Counted from the first letter of the stretch, positions 19,421 to 29,084 are shown. The stretch is DNA of 64,000 nucleotides from Alphaproteobacteria bacterium (GCA_965232515.1 CBDDPY010000002.1:2080001-2144000), one strand, 5' to 3'. Numbers and translations are program-made. Notes: generated by a model not told the origin, from the letters alone.

Positions 19421-20092
19421 ATGCATATCGGTCTTATCGGCGGTATCGGCCCCGCGGCGACGGACTATTACTACCGGCGCCTGATCGCGGCGGCGGCCGC
19501 GCGTGAGATGCCACTGGACCTGACCATCGCGCACGCCGACGCGCCGACGCTGCTGCAAAATCAGGAGCGCGGCGACGCCGCGGCCCAGGTCGAGATCTTC
19601 ACCCGGCTGACGCACCGATTGCAGGCCGCCGGCGCCGGGACGGTCGCCGTCACCTCGATTGCCGGGCACTTCTGCATCGACGCGTTCAAGGCCGCGTCGC
19701 CACTGCCGGTGGTCGATCTGCTGCGCGAAACCGATCTGGCGCTGCAACGCGCCGGTATCGGCCGGGCCGGCGTGCTCGGCACCCGGATCGCCATGGAAAC
19801 CCGGCTCTACGGCGCGGTCCGCGCGGCCGAGGTCGTCCCGCCCGCCGGCCGGGACCTGACCGACGTGCACGACGCCTATGTGACAATGGCCATGGCCGGC
19901 GCGGCGACCGAGGCCCAGCGCGACGTCTTCCTCGCCGCCAGCCGCCGCCTGATCGCCGAGCAGAACGTCGAGGCCATCATGCTGGGCGGCACCGACCTGG
20001 CGCTGGTGTTCGACGGCGGCGACACCGGCTTCGCCGTCATCGACTGCGCCCAGATCCACATCGACGCCCTGGCCGAGATCGCAACCGCTTGA
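19421..20092 (+). CDS. aspartate/glutamate racemase-family protein
   Basis: IGLIGGIGPAATDYYYR, GVLGT, LGGTDL. Confidence 0.85.
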   Translation: MHIGLIGGIGPAATDYYYRRLIAAAAAREMPLDLTIAHADAPTLLQNQERGDAAAQVEIFTRLTHRLQAAGAGTVAVTSIAGHFCIDAFKAASPLPVVDLLRETDLALQRAGIGRAGVLGTRIAMETRLYGAVRAAEVVPPAGRDLTDVHDAYVTMAMAGAATEAQRDVFLAASRRLIAEQNVEAIMLGGTDLALVFDGGDTGFAVIDCAQIHIDALAEIATA

Positions 20093-20774
20093 TTGGCGAC
20101 GCGCGGCGGCGGCGCCAGGCCAGGCCAGCCAGGCCCATGCCGAACAGCGCGATGCCGGCCGGCTCCGGCACGGCGGTGGCGTCCGACGCCTTGGCGAAGG
20201 ACAGGTTGTCCGCGCTGAAAGCCTCGGGGACAAAGGTCAAGCCTTCGCCTTCGAAGGCGATCGTGCTGAACGCGGCGTCGCCTACCACGCCCAGGAAGCC
20301 CGTGCCCGGATCGCCCAATTCGTCAAAAAAGCTGACGGTGGCGTCGCCATTGCCGTCGAAATCGCCGGTCACGGTCAGCCCGCTGCCCGACGCGGTGCTG
20401 AACCAGTCGGCGCCAAAGGCGAAAATCGGCATCGGAAAGCCCCAGGCGATGGTGCCGAAAACGTCGGCTTCGCCAGAGGTCCCCCTGACCCGTCCGATGT
20501 ATCCGACGCCAAGGACTACATTAGAAAAACTGGCCGATGCCGGCGTCCCGCTGCTGACGACGCCGCTGTCGAAGGTAATGCTGGCGGCGTTGGTGATGGG
20601 GTTGTCGAACGGATCGTCGACAATGGGCCCGCCCAGCGGCGAGGCCGCCACGGCGTTCTCCCAGGCCGTGCGGTCGGTGAAGATCTGAAAGGCGTGCGCG
20701 CTCGCCGTCACGGCGAACATGGCGAGGCCGGCCAGGCCAGCGACGAACATCCTGCTCAAGTTTGCTCTGATCAT
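20037..20774 (-). CDS. PEP-CTERM sorting-domain protein (pair, copy 2)
   Basis: Signal peptide ...TASAHA; C-terminal VPEPAGIALFGMGLAGLAWRRRR. Confidence 0.9.
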   Translation of the reverse strand: MIRANLSRMFVAGLAGLAMFAVTASAHAFQIFTDRTAWENAVAASPLGGPIVDDPFDNPITNAASITFDSGVVSSGTPASASFSNVVLGVGYIGRVRGTSGEADVFGTIAWGFPMPIFAFGADWFSTASGSGLTVTGDFDGNGDATVSFFDELGDPGTGFLGVVGDAAFSTIAFEGEGLTFVPEAFSADNLSFAKASDATAVPEPAGIALFGMGLAGLAWRRRRASPIKRLRSRPGRRCGSGRSR

Positions 20775-20845
20775 CGACATCTCCTTGGCGTTGTTGCTCC
20801 GGCGCCGCCGGGACCGGTCGTGCGGAACTGCGGAACGGAAGCGCG

Positions 20846-21535
20846 CTAACCCCGCCGCCGGGCGCGGCGGCGGCGCCAGGCCATGCCGGCGAGGCCCATG
20901 CCGAACAGCGCGAGGCCGGCCGGCTCCGGCACGGCAGCCACCTTGGCGAAGGACAAGTTGTCCGCGACGAAACCCTCGGAGATGTCGATCAGGTCTTCGC
21001 CTTCGAAAGTGATCGTGCCGAACACGGCGTCGCCCACCACGCCCAGGAAGCCGGTGCCCGGATCGCCCAATTCGTCAAAAAAGCTGACGGTCGCATCGCC
21101 ATTGCCGTCGAAATCGCCGGTCACGGTCAGCCCACTGCCCGACGTCGTGCTAATCCAGTCGGCGCCGAAGGCGAATATCGGCATCGGAAAGCCCCAGGTG
21201 ATGGTGTCGAATAAATCAGCACTGTTCGTACCGGAAAAGTTTCCGCGCACCTGTCCGCTGTATCCGCCGCCAATGACCCGGTTATTGACGTTGGCCGATG
21301 CCGGCGCCCCGGTACTGACGACGCCGCTGTCGAAGGTGATGCTGTCGGCAGTGGCGATGGGGTTGTCGAACGGATCGTCGACAATGGGCCCGCCCAGCGG
21401 CGAGGCCGCCACGGCGTTCTCCCAGGCCGTGCGGTCGGTGAAGATCTGAAAGGCGTGCGCGCTCGCCGTCACGGCGAACACGGCGAGGCCGGTTACGCCG
21501 GCAATAAACGTCCTGCTCAGGCGTGTCCTGATCAT
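20846..21535 (-). CDS. PEP-CTERM sorting-domain protein (pair, copy 1)
   Basis: Paralog of 20037-20774; VPEPAGLALFGMGLAGMAWRRRR. Confidence 0.9.
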   Translation of the reverse strand: MIRTRLSRTFIAGVTGLAVFAVTASAHAFQIFTDRTAWENAVAASPLGGPIVDDPFDNPIATADSITFDSGVVSTGAPASANVNNRVIGGGYSGQVRGNFSGTNSADLFDTITWGFPMPIFAFGADWISTTSGSGLTVTGDFDGNGDATVSFFDELGDPGTGFLGVVGDAVFGTITFEGEDLIDISEGFVADNLSFAKVAAVPEPAGLALFGMGLAGMAWRRRRARRRG

Positions 21536-21773
21536 CGAAGTCTCCATTTTTCGTTATCGACGGATCCGGCCCGGCGGCGTGCAATGCCGAGGCACGCGAC
21601 GCCACGCGCCGTCACGACGCCCGTCCGCGTCGAAACCACGCCATCGTCAACAGCCGGCTTGTGCATACTCACTCTCGCTCACCCGTCGAACGCACGGGAC
21701 GTGGCCGGACATGCGGCCGGTGCCGATCCGGCATAAGGCCCATCGGGGTGGCGGATTTAAAGGGACGGCGGCG

Positions 21774-21812
21774 ATTTTGTCCGATATGTGCTCAATTTTG
21801 TCCGATATGTGC
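21774..21812. repeat. perfect 18-bp direct repeat, 21-bp period
   Basis: ATTTTGTCCGATATGTGC at 21774-21791 and 21795-21812. Confidence 0.9.
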
Positions 21813-21895
21813 GCATGCCCGTCCGCCACGGGCGCGCCGATACCGGCGAGCTCGGCGCGCATGCGACGGCCGAAGCTACAACCCGGCGTCCGCCG

Positions 21896-22258
21896 TCAGG
21901 CCTGGTTCAGGCCCAGTTCGCGCTGCTTTTTCTTCGACAGGCCGAGCGAGACGATGCGGTGCGATTCCTGCAGGTAGGCGCGCAGGTCGTCGTCCGAGAG
22001 GCCCGGCCGGGCATGGTGCTGGATCCAGGTCATGCCGCGCGAGGCGAGATACGGCGCCGGCCGCAGGCCCGGCTGCTCTTTCAGGATCTCGTAGGACAGA
22101 TCGCTCACCTTGAAGGTATAGGCGGGTTCGTCGTCACCCCAGCCGCCGATGGCGAAGACCTTGCCGCCGACCTTCCAGACATGCGAGCCGCCCCACTGCA
22201 CCACATGGCTGGTCGCCGGCAGGCCGCCGCAAAACGCGTTGAACTCGTCGTAGGTCAA
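21896..22258 (-). CDS. MmcQ/YjbR-family protein
   Basis: VWKVGGKVFA, PGLRPAPYLA...W, L...SH..V..GLSKK; TTG start inferred. Confidence 0.9.
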   Translation of the reverse strand: MTYDEFNAFCGGLPATSHVVQWGGSHVWKVGGKVFAIGGWGDDEPAYTFKVSDLSYEILKEQPGLRPAPYLASRGMTWIQHHARPGLSDDDLRAYLQESHRIVSLGLSKKKQRELGLNQA

Positions 22259-22400
22259 TGCTACATGCCCAATCCGCCGCACCGAACGTCAGGATGTACC
22301 ACAGCGCGCGCCGTCCGCGAGTCCGGATGTCGCGACGTTTCGATGTGGCCGGCGGCAAAGCTTCACAACCGCCGCCGGCACGAACAGTCGAGGTTCGGGC

Positions 22401-23549
22401 ATGGCGCGTGGAGAGGCCGCGGTAAGGGATGTCGTCGTCATCGGCGCCGGCGCGTCCGGCCTCGCCGTCACCCACGCCCTGCACGCCGCCGGGATCGGCG
22501 TGCGCGTACTCGAAAAAATGCCGCACGTCGCCGAGCCCTGGCGCCGACGTCACCCACAACTCCGCCTGAACACCCATCGCCGGCTGTCGGGCCTGCCCGG
22601 CATGCCCATGCCGAAGGCGTTCGGCGGCTTCCCGACGCGCGACGACATGATCGGCTATCTCGAAGACTACGCCGCCGGCACGCCGGCGCCGATTGCGTTC
22701 AATGTCGAGGTTCGGAAGGTTGATAAGGCGGATGCGAGCTGGCGGCTCGAGACATCGGCCGAAACGTTCGTCGCCGCGCATGTCGTCGTCGCCACCGGTC
22801 TCGACCGTGTGCCGATTCTGCCGGCCTGGCCGGGCATGGCCGGCTTCGGCGGCGAGATCCTGCACGCCGCCGACGTCGGCGACGTCGAGCGCTACCGCGA
22901 CAAGCGCATCCTGGTCGTCGGCGCCGGCAATTCCGGCACCGACCTGCTCAACCACCTGGTTCGAGCCGGCCCTCGCGACGTCTGGGTGTCGGTCCGGCAC
23001 GGACCGGTCGTCGTGCCGCGCCATCTGTTCGCCCTGCCGACCCAACTTCTGTCACCCCTGCTCGATGCCCTGCCGCTCGCGGCCGCCGACCGGCTCCTGG
23101 ACCTGACGTCCTGGCTCGCTTTCGGCGACTTGCGCAAGCGCGGCCTGCCCCGACATCCAACCGGCGCCGCGACCCGCCTCGCGCATGACGGCATCGCGCC
23201 CGCCATCGACCATGGCTTCGTCGCCGCCCTGAAGCGCGGCGCGGTCGAGATCGTGGCCGAGATCGACCGCTTCGACGACACCGGCGTGCGCCTGACCGAC
23301 GGCCGCCGCCTCGCCCCTGACATCGTCATCGCCGCCACCGGCTACCGCACCGGCCTCGAACCGATGCTGGGCCATCTCGGCATCCTCGACGAAACCGGCG
23401 CCCCGAAGATTCACGGGCCCCAACAGGACCCGCGCTTCCCTGGCCTCTGGTTCACCGGCATGCGCCCCCCGCTTCAGGGTACGCTCAATGCCGCCGGCAA
23501 GACCGCGCGCCAGATTGCCGCCGCCATCAAGCGCCAAACGGCCAGCTAG
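22401..23549 (+). CDS. flavin-containing monooxygenase (FMO-like, NAD(P)/FAD-dependent)
   Basis: GAGASG, FGGEILHAADV (FxGxxxHxxx variant), VVGAGNSG, ATGY. Confidence 0.9.
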   Translation: MARGEAAVRDVVVIGAGASGLAVTHALHAAGIGVRVLEKMPHVAEPWRRRHPQLRLNTHRRLSGLPGMPMPKAFGGFPTRDDMIGYLEDYAAGTPAPIAFNVEVRKVDKADASWRLETSAETFVAAHVVVATGLDRVPILPAWPGMAGFGGEILHAADVGDVERYRDKRILVVGAGNSGTDLLNHLVRAGPRDVWVSVRHGPVVVPRHLFALPTQLLSPLLDALPLAAADRLLDLTSWLAFGDLRKRGLPRHPTGAATRLAHDGIAPAIDHGFVAALKRGAVEIVAEIDRFDDTGVRLTDGRRLAPDIVIAATGYRTGLEPMLGHLGILDETGAPKIHGPQQDPRFPGLWFTGMRPPLQGTLNAAGKTARQIAAAIKRQTAS

Positions 23550-23612
23550 TCTTGTCAGACCGCCGTCTGCCATCCACGATCGGCCGAAGGCCAACGTCAC
23601 GGGAGGCAAGAA

Positions 23613-24413
23613 ATGGAAACGGGGCATCGGCTGGCGGGGAAGGTAGCGATCGTGACCGGCGGCGCGTCCGGCATCGGCGCCGAGACGGCGCGGGTGTTCG
23701 CGGCTGAGGGTGCTGCCGTCGTCGTCTGCGATGTCAACGAGGCGCTGGGCCGCGCCGTTGTTGACGAGATCGGTGGGAACGGCGGCGCGGCCGCGTTTCG
23801 GCTGCTGCAGGTCACAGACGAGGAGCAATGGGCCGCGCTGGTTGCCGAGACGGAGGAGACCTACGGCAAGCTGAACGTGCTGACGAACATCGCCGGCATT
23901 TCCGGCCGCGATCCGCAACAGAACATCCAGCCGACCCTGACCGCCGGCGGCGTGCTGGAGGATCAGTCGTTGGCGAAATGGAACGAGGTCATGGCCGTGA
24001 ACGCAACCGGCACGTTTCTCGGCACCAAGGCCGTGATCGCGCCGATGCGGCGGGCCGGCGGTGGTTCGATCGTCAATATCTCCTCGATCTGCGGCATCGT
24101 CGGCTCGTTCGCCAATCCCGCCTATCACGCCTCAAAGGGCGCCGTGCGCATCTTCTCGAAGTCGGCCGCCATCCAGTATGCCGCCGACAAGATCCGCGTG
24201 AACTCGATCCATCCCGGCTTCGTCGACACGCCGATGACGCAACCGGGCCACGCCAATCCCGAGATCGCGCAAAAACGCCTCGACGCGACTCCGCTCGGCC
24301 GCTTCGGCACGCCGCACGACATCGCCATGGGCTGCCTCTACCTGGCGTCCGACGAGGCTGCCTGGGTGACCGGCTCCGAACTCGTCATCGACGGCGGCAT
24401 GACCGCGAGCTGA
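23613..24413 (+). CDS. short-chain dehydrogenase/reductase
   Basis: TGGASGIG, NISS, YHASK, IHPG. Confidence 0.95.
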   Translation: METGHRLAGKVAIVTGGASGIGAETARVFAAEGAAVVVCDVNEALGRAVVDEIGGNGGAAAFRLLQVTDEEQWAALVAETEETYGKLNVLTNIAGISGRDPQQNIQPTLTAGGVLEDQSLAKWNEVMAVNATGTFLGTKAVIAPMRRAGGGSIVNISSICGIVGSFANPAYHASKGAVRIFSKSAAIQYAADKIRVNSIHPGFVDTPMTQPGHANPEIAQKRLDATPLGRFGTPHDIAMGCLYLASDEAAWVTGSELVIDGGMTAS

Positions 24414-24420
24414 CCGCCCG

Positions 24421-25782
24421 TCACACTGCCGTCGACCACGTCGCCGACGCCGTGCGCAGCTTGGACGCCGGATGCGGCCATCGCGCTTCCAGGCCATCGA
24501 TCGTCAGCGGAAAGCGCGTCCGCTTCGCCGGGCCCCAGTCCGTTTCCTCGATTTCCGGCGCGACGTCGGCAACGTCTTCCTTTAACGGTTCCGGCGTCGG
24601 CGTGACCGTGCCGGCCGAGGTCAGCAGGTGCGCCGTGCGCGCGAGCGACAGGCGGGCCGAGCACACGCGGCCCCGGCGCCGCTCGGCCAGCGCCGACAAC
24701 ACGGCGGCTGCCAGCAGATATCCGGTCGCGTGGTCGAGCGCCTGCACCGGCAGCGGCGTCGGCCGGTCGGCGCCCGACGCCGCCATGCCGTGCTGCGCGA
24801 TGCCGCTGCTCATCTGCACCAGGCTGTCGAAGCCGCGCCGGCCAGCCCAGGGTCCGGTCCAGCCATAGGCGTCGAGCGACACGTCCACCAATCCCGGATT
24901 GCGTTGCCGCCGCGCATCTGGATCGAAGCCGAGCCCCGGCAGCGCGCCGGGACGATAGCCGTGCAGCAGCACGTCGGCCGAGGCCAGCAGCCGCTCGAAC
25001 ACCGCGCGGTCGTCGGGTTCCTTCAGGTTCAGCCCGGCACAACGCTTGCCCAGCGTCACCTCCGGCACGACGCCGGGCTCGTCCCAGTCCGGCGGATCGA
25101 TGCGCAGCACGTCGGCCCCGAACGCGGCCAGGAACCGGCTCGCCACCGGCCCCGCCAGCACCCGCGTCAGGTCGAGCACGCGCAAGCCCGCGAGCGGCCG
25201 GGCGCGGTCGATTGGTTCGGATCGCGCCTCGACCGGGTCGTGCTCGGCCCAGGCGACCAGCGGTTCGGCCGCCACCGCCTTGCCCTGCGGATGCGCCGCC
25301 CAGTCGTCAAGGCCGCGCATCTCGGCGGCGCAGCCGCCGGCCTCGACCACCGCCGTCTCCAGGTCGGTCGCGTCCCAGCCCGCGACCGCGCGCGCCACAT
25401 CGTCCCGTTCCGCCGCCGTGCCGAGCACCGACAGCGCCGCCGCCCGGTGCGCCGGCGCGTTGGTGTGCAGCCGGATCCAGCCGTCCTTCGCCGGATAGTC
25501 GCCGGCCACCGGATCCCATGTCGGCGGCATCTGCCAGCCGTCCGGATGCAGCGTCCAGCCGAACCACAACGAGGCCAGCCGCCGGTCGACGGTCACCGCC
25601 GGCGCCGCGTCACCGTCCACCGCATAGCGCGCCAACATCCGCCCGGCCGCGCCGACCGACGCGGCGGCGAGATCCGTGACGCCAAACCAGGACGGCAGCT
25701 CCCCCTCGCCCACAACCGCGAGCGGCGCATCGTCCTCGGCGTCAAAGGCAGTGGCGATCTCGGCCAGGAACCGAAGGGTCAT
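24421..25782 (-). CDS. CaiB/BaiF family III CoA-transferase
   Basis: PLAGLRVLDLTRVLAGP, GADVLRID, GKR, RRGFDSLVQ. Confidence 0.92.
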   Translation of the reverse strand: MTLRFLAEIATAFDAEDDAPLAVVGEGELPSWFGVTDLAAASVGAAGRMLARYAVDGDAAPAVTVDRRLASLWFGWTLHPDGWQMPPTWDPVAGDYPAKDGWIRLHTNAPAHRAAALSVLGTAAERDDVARAVAGWDATDLETAVVEAGGCAAEMRGLDDWAAHPQGKAVAAEPLVAWAEHDPVEARSEPIDRARPLAGLRVLDLTRVLAGPVASRFLAAFGADVLRIDPPDWDEPGVVPEVTLGKRCAGLNLKEPDDRAVFERLLASADVLLHGYRPGALPGLGFDPDARRQRNPGLVDVSLDAYGWTGPWAGRRGFDSLVQMSSGIAQHGMAASGADRPTPLPVQALDHATGYLLAAAVLSALAERRRGRVCSARLSLARTAHLLTSAGTVTPTPEPLKEDVADVAPEIEETDWGPAKRTRFPLTIDGLEARWPHPASKLRTASATWSTAV

Positions 25783-25964
25783 GACATCTCCTCCAAAACG
25801 GCGGGGTCACTGCAGGAAGCCGCCGATCCGATCCGCGGTCAACGCTGATTGATGGAATCAACATATCGGCCGTCCGTGACGGCACGAACGCACGGCGTTA
25901 CGCTTGCCCGAAACGGCGCGGAAAGACATGTCGACCACCTGCCGGAGCAGAGGGATCTGAGCCA

Positions 25965-26762
25965 ATGACGAATTCGCTCCTGTTCGAGTCCGACGACTTC
26001 ACCTGCGAGCTGAAGGATCGCGTCGCCGTCCTTCGCCTGAAACAGGGCGCCTTCGGGCTCCTGACCAACCTCGACACCCGGGCGGACTATTTCTCCGTTG
26101 CGTCGCGGATCGAGGAGTCCCGGGACATCCTCGGTCTGGTGATGCTCAATACCAGCGAATATCCGGGCGATACTGAATACCGGGACTTTATCGGCCAGAT
26201 CACGGCCATCGATGAAGCCAGCGTCAAGGGACGGCGTCTGCTGCTCTCGATCAAGGAGAATTCGCTGGCCCTGGTCACGCTACAGGCTGCCGCCTTCAAG
26301 AAACCGCTTGTCGCCGGCTTTCAGGGCACCATCACCGCCGCGTTCCTGGGCCTCAGCCTGGGATTCGATTTCCGGCTTGCGGCGCCCGACACGGTGTTTG
26401 ACTTCCCGATGGCCAGCCTGGGCTTTCCGCTCGGCGGCGCCATCTGCTTCTATCTGCCGCTCTATGTCGGCCAGCAGCGCGCGACCGAGCTGCTTCTCTC
26501 CGGAGAGCCGGTCGAGGCGCGTCAGGCCGTCGCGGATGGCTTCGTCAACGAGGTGGTGTCCGACGGCGAGCTGGAAGACCGTTGCCGCGCGATCGTCGAG
26601 CGCACCGCGACACTGCCGTCGCACGCCGTCGCCGCGACACGGGCGCTGCTGCATCCCGATCCGGCGGATCTGCGGCGCCATCTCGATCGGGCGTTCGACA
26701 CCACGCATGGCGCGTTGGCGCAGATGAACCGCGAATACGCCCGACGTACAGGGGCCTCGTAG
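25965..26762 (+). CDS. crotonase/enoyl-CoA hydratase-fold protein (degenerate catalytic motifs)
   Basis: KPLVAGFQG...DFRLAA...LG..., RATELLLSGEPVEA...GFVNEVV. Confidence 0.8.
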   Translation: MTNSLLFESDDFTCELKDRVAVLRLKQGAFGLLTNLDTRADYFSVASRIEESRDILGLVMLNTSEYPGDTEYRDFIGQITAIDEASVKGRRLLLSIKENSLALVTLQAAAFKKPLVAGFQGTITAAFLGLSLGFDFRLAAPDTVFDFPMASLGFPLGGAICFYLPLYVGQQRATELLLSGEPVEARQAVADGFVNEVVSDGELEDRCRAIVERTATLPSHAVAATRALLHPDPADLRRHLDRAFDTTHGALAQMNREYARRTGAS

Positions 26763-26852
26763 CGCCAGGCTGTATCCGACCGCGTTTGCACCCGCGCCTT
26801 TGTCGGCAGGAACGGGCGCGCTAGGCTTTGCCGAAACGATGTGGAGGACGCG

Positions 26853-28178
26853 ATGCTGACGGCGGAAGAAAACGATCTCCTCACACGCACCGGTCCGGAA
26901 ACGGCAATGGGCCAGTACTTCCGGCGCTTCTGGCAGCCGGTGGCGCTGTCCGAAGAGCTCGCCGAGCCCGACGGCGCGCCGGTGCGGGTCAACATCCTGG
27001 GCGAGGCGCTGGTCGGCTTCCGCGACAGCGAGGGCCGCATCGGCCTGATCGACTCCCATTGCCCGCACCGCGGCGCCAACCTGTTCTACGGCCGCAACGA
27101 GGATTGCGGCCTGCGCTGCGTCTATCACGGCTGGAAGTTCGACGTGACGGGCAAGGCCGTCGACCTGCCGAACGTGCCGCCGGGCGCGCGGCACCACGAC
27201 TCCATTCGCGTCAAGGCCTATCCGACGCGCGAATACGGCGGTTTCGTCTGGGCTTATCTCGGCCCCGCCGCCGACGCGTTGCCGGGCGGCGCGCTGCCGC
27301 AAGTCCCGCAACTCGAGTTCGGCCTGGTGCCGCCCGAGAACCGCTACGTCACCAAGCAGCTCATGGAGTGCAACTGGGCGCAGATCATGGAGGGCGACCT
27401 CGACACCTCGCACTTCTCGTTCCTACACATGCCGGCGCCCAGCGTGCCGTCGAACGAGAACCCCGACGCGCCGGCCGACGCCCGCAGGTTGCGCTGGATC
27501 CGCAGCGATCCCATGCCGCAATTCTCGATCCAAGAACACGAGGTCGGCTTCGTCGTCGGCGGCGCCCGGGATGCCGACGGCGAGCGCTACTGGCGCATGA
27601 CCCAGTTCATGCTGCCCTCGCACGGCACCGGCCCGTCCGCCATGCCGGGCGAGACCTATTTCGGCTTCACCATCGTGCCGATCACCGACGAGGCGGCCTG
27701 GGTCTTCACCTATGGCTGGAATCCGGAGCGCGTGATCGACGCCGACGAGCGGGCCAAGTTCCGCGGCGGCCACGGCGTCATCGCCGAGCTCGGGCCGGAC
27801 TACATGCCGCTCAGGAATCGTTCGAACGATTTCATGATCGACCGCGACGACCAGAAGCACCGCAGCTTCACCGGCGTCAAGGGCCTGGCCGAGCAGGACG
27901 CCATGATCCAGCAGAGCCAGGGCTACATCGTCGACCGCACGCGCGAGAACCTGACGGCGACCGATGCCGCCGTCGTCCGCTTCCGCCGCACGCTCTTGGC
28001 CGCCGCGACGTCACTCGCCGCCGGCGCCGAGCCCGAGGCGCCCTATCAACACAACCTCTACACCGCCCGCCCCGGCAGCTGGTTCGCCACAGAGGGCGTC
28101 TCCTTCGAAGACGTCATGCGCGACAGGTTCGGCCACCCGCTGGGGCGGGTGGCGGCGGGTTCCGAAGCTGCCGAATAG
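26853..28178 (+). CDS. Rieske non-heme iron oxygenase alpha subunit (phthalate 4,5-dioxygenase/LigX-like)
   Basis: CPHR...CVYHGW Rieske motif; EGDLDTSHFSFLH iron motif; EQD. Confidence 0.93.
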   Translation: MLTAEENDLLTRTGPETAMGQYFRRFWQPVALSEELAEPDGAPVRVNILGEALVGFRDSEGRIGLIDSHCPHRGANLFYGRNEDCGLRCVYHGWKFDVTGKAVDLPNVPPGARHHDSIRVKAYPTREYGGFVWAYLGPAADALPGGALPQVPQLEFGLVPPENRYVTKQLMECNWAQIMEGDLDTSHFSFLHMPAPSVPSNENPDAPADARRLRWIRSDPMPQFSIQEHEVGFVVGGARDADGERYWRMTQFMLPSHGTGPSAMPGETYFGFTIVPITDEAAWVFTYGWNPERVIDADERAKFRGGHGVIAELGPDYMPLRNRSNDFMIDRDDQKHRSFTGVKGLAEQDAMIQQSQGYIVDRTRENLTATDAAVVRFRRTLLAAATSLAAGAEPEAPYQHNLYTARPGSWFATEGVSFEDVMRDRFGHPLGRVAAGSEAAE

Positions 28179-28181
28179 CAA

Positions 28182-28213
28182 TCCCTCTCCCCCAGCCATA
28201 TGGGGGAGAGGGA
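28182..28213. terminator. strong hairpin between convergent genes (bidirectional terminator / REP half-unit)
   Basis: TCCCTCTCCCCCA-GCCATA-TGGGGGAGAGGGA, 13-bp perfect stem. Confidence 0.7.
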
Positions 28214-28226
28214 AAATGGAACACCC

Positions 28227-29084
28227 CTACTCCAAAACCACCAGCGTGCGGATCTCGATGCTCTCGCGCGGCGGGGCATCGGCGCGGACGTCGGTCGGGT
28301 CGAAGGCACCGTGCGGGGTGAAGCGCGCGCGGCCGTCATCCAGGCTGTCCCAGCCCTTGATCAGCAGCACTTCGTCCTTGGTCATCTCGGGCGCGTAGTA
28401 CCAGCGCTGCGCCGGTCCGTGTGCGACGTTGTAGATCTCGCCGACCCGGTGGGGGAAGATCTGGTCGGTGGCGATCAGTTCGTCGTCTTTCACGCTCGCC
28501 GCGTCGGCCAGCGCCAGCGGCGAGCGTTCGACCGGGCCGCGGATCGGCCGCCAGACATTGACCTGCACGATGCGCGCGCCGGCCTTCTCCAGCCGCGCCG
28601 CCTCGACCTCGCCCAGGATGTCCTTCACCCGTTGCGGGCCGCTGGCGACGGTATAGTCCACGTGCACGCGCGTCGCCGGCCCGCGCAGGCCATCCGGATT
28701 GGCCGCGCCTTCGGGGCTGTCCGACCGGCGTGTCGCGTCGAAGATCACAACCCGGCCGCCGCCGAACCGTTCGCGCAGCATCGCCTCGATCTCGGGGTAG
28801 TAGACCTGTTCGATGGCCGCGTCGTCATAGAGGTCATCGACCGCGGTCGGCGAGGTCAGCAGCTCGAAACCCTCGCGTTCCAGCGACAAATCATCGGCGA
28901 TCGGCCGCATGTCGGCGATATCAACGGTCTGCGCGTCGGTCGAAAAGAAGATTTCCGGATCGCCGCCGGTCAGCGCCGAGCTATGAAAGAACGGCTTGCT
29001 GTCCTGGCGTTCGATGAAGTTCAGAGTGGCGCTGACATCGGCGGCGGCGTCCGTCGACAAAGCGGAAGAAGCGGTGGCGGTCAT
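28227..29084 (-). CDS. CmcJ/NvfI/AsaB-family oxidoreductase
   Basis: LSLEREGF, VHVDYT, VNVWRPI, PLALAD, WYYAP, PHGAF, RESIEIR. Confidence 0.85.
   Translation of the reverse strand: MTATASSALSTDAAADVSATLNFIERQDSKPFFHSSALTGGDPEIFFSTDAQTVDIADMRPIADDLSLEREGFELLTSPTAVDDLYDDAAIEQVYYPEIEAMLRERFGGGRVVIFDATRRSDSPEGAANPDGLRGPATRVHVDYTVASGPQRVKDILGEVEAARLEKAGARIVQVNVWRPIRGPVERSPLALADAASVKDDELIATDQIFPHRVGEIYNVAHGPAQRWYYAPEMTKDEVLLIKGWDSLDDGRARFTPHGAFDPTDVRADAPPRESIEIRTLVVLE

Noticed and set aside
20037-21535. Diversity-generating retroelement behind the paralog variation (also the triplet and the LRR array)
   Set aside because: No reverse transcriptase in the window, and differences include indels and do not look adenine-restricted
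21540-21760. sigma54 promoter for the PEP-CTERM pair
   Set aside because: No GG-N10-GC with TGGCAC/TTGC context found on the coding strand
25849-25861. TTGAT-GGA-ATCAA as an FNR/FixK box
   Set aside because: Spacer is 3 bp, not the required 4
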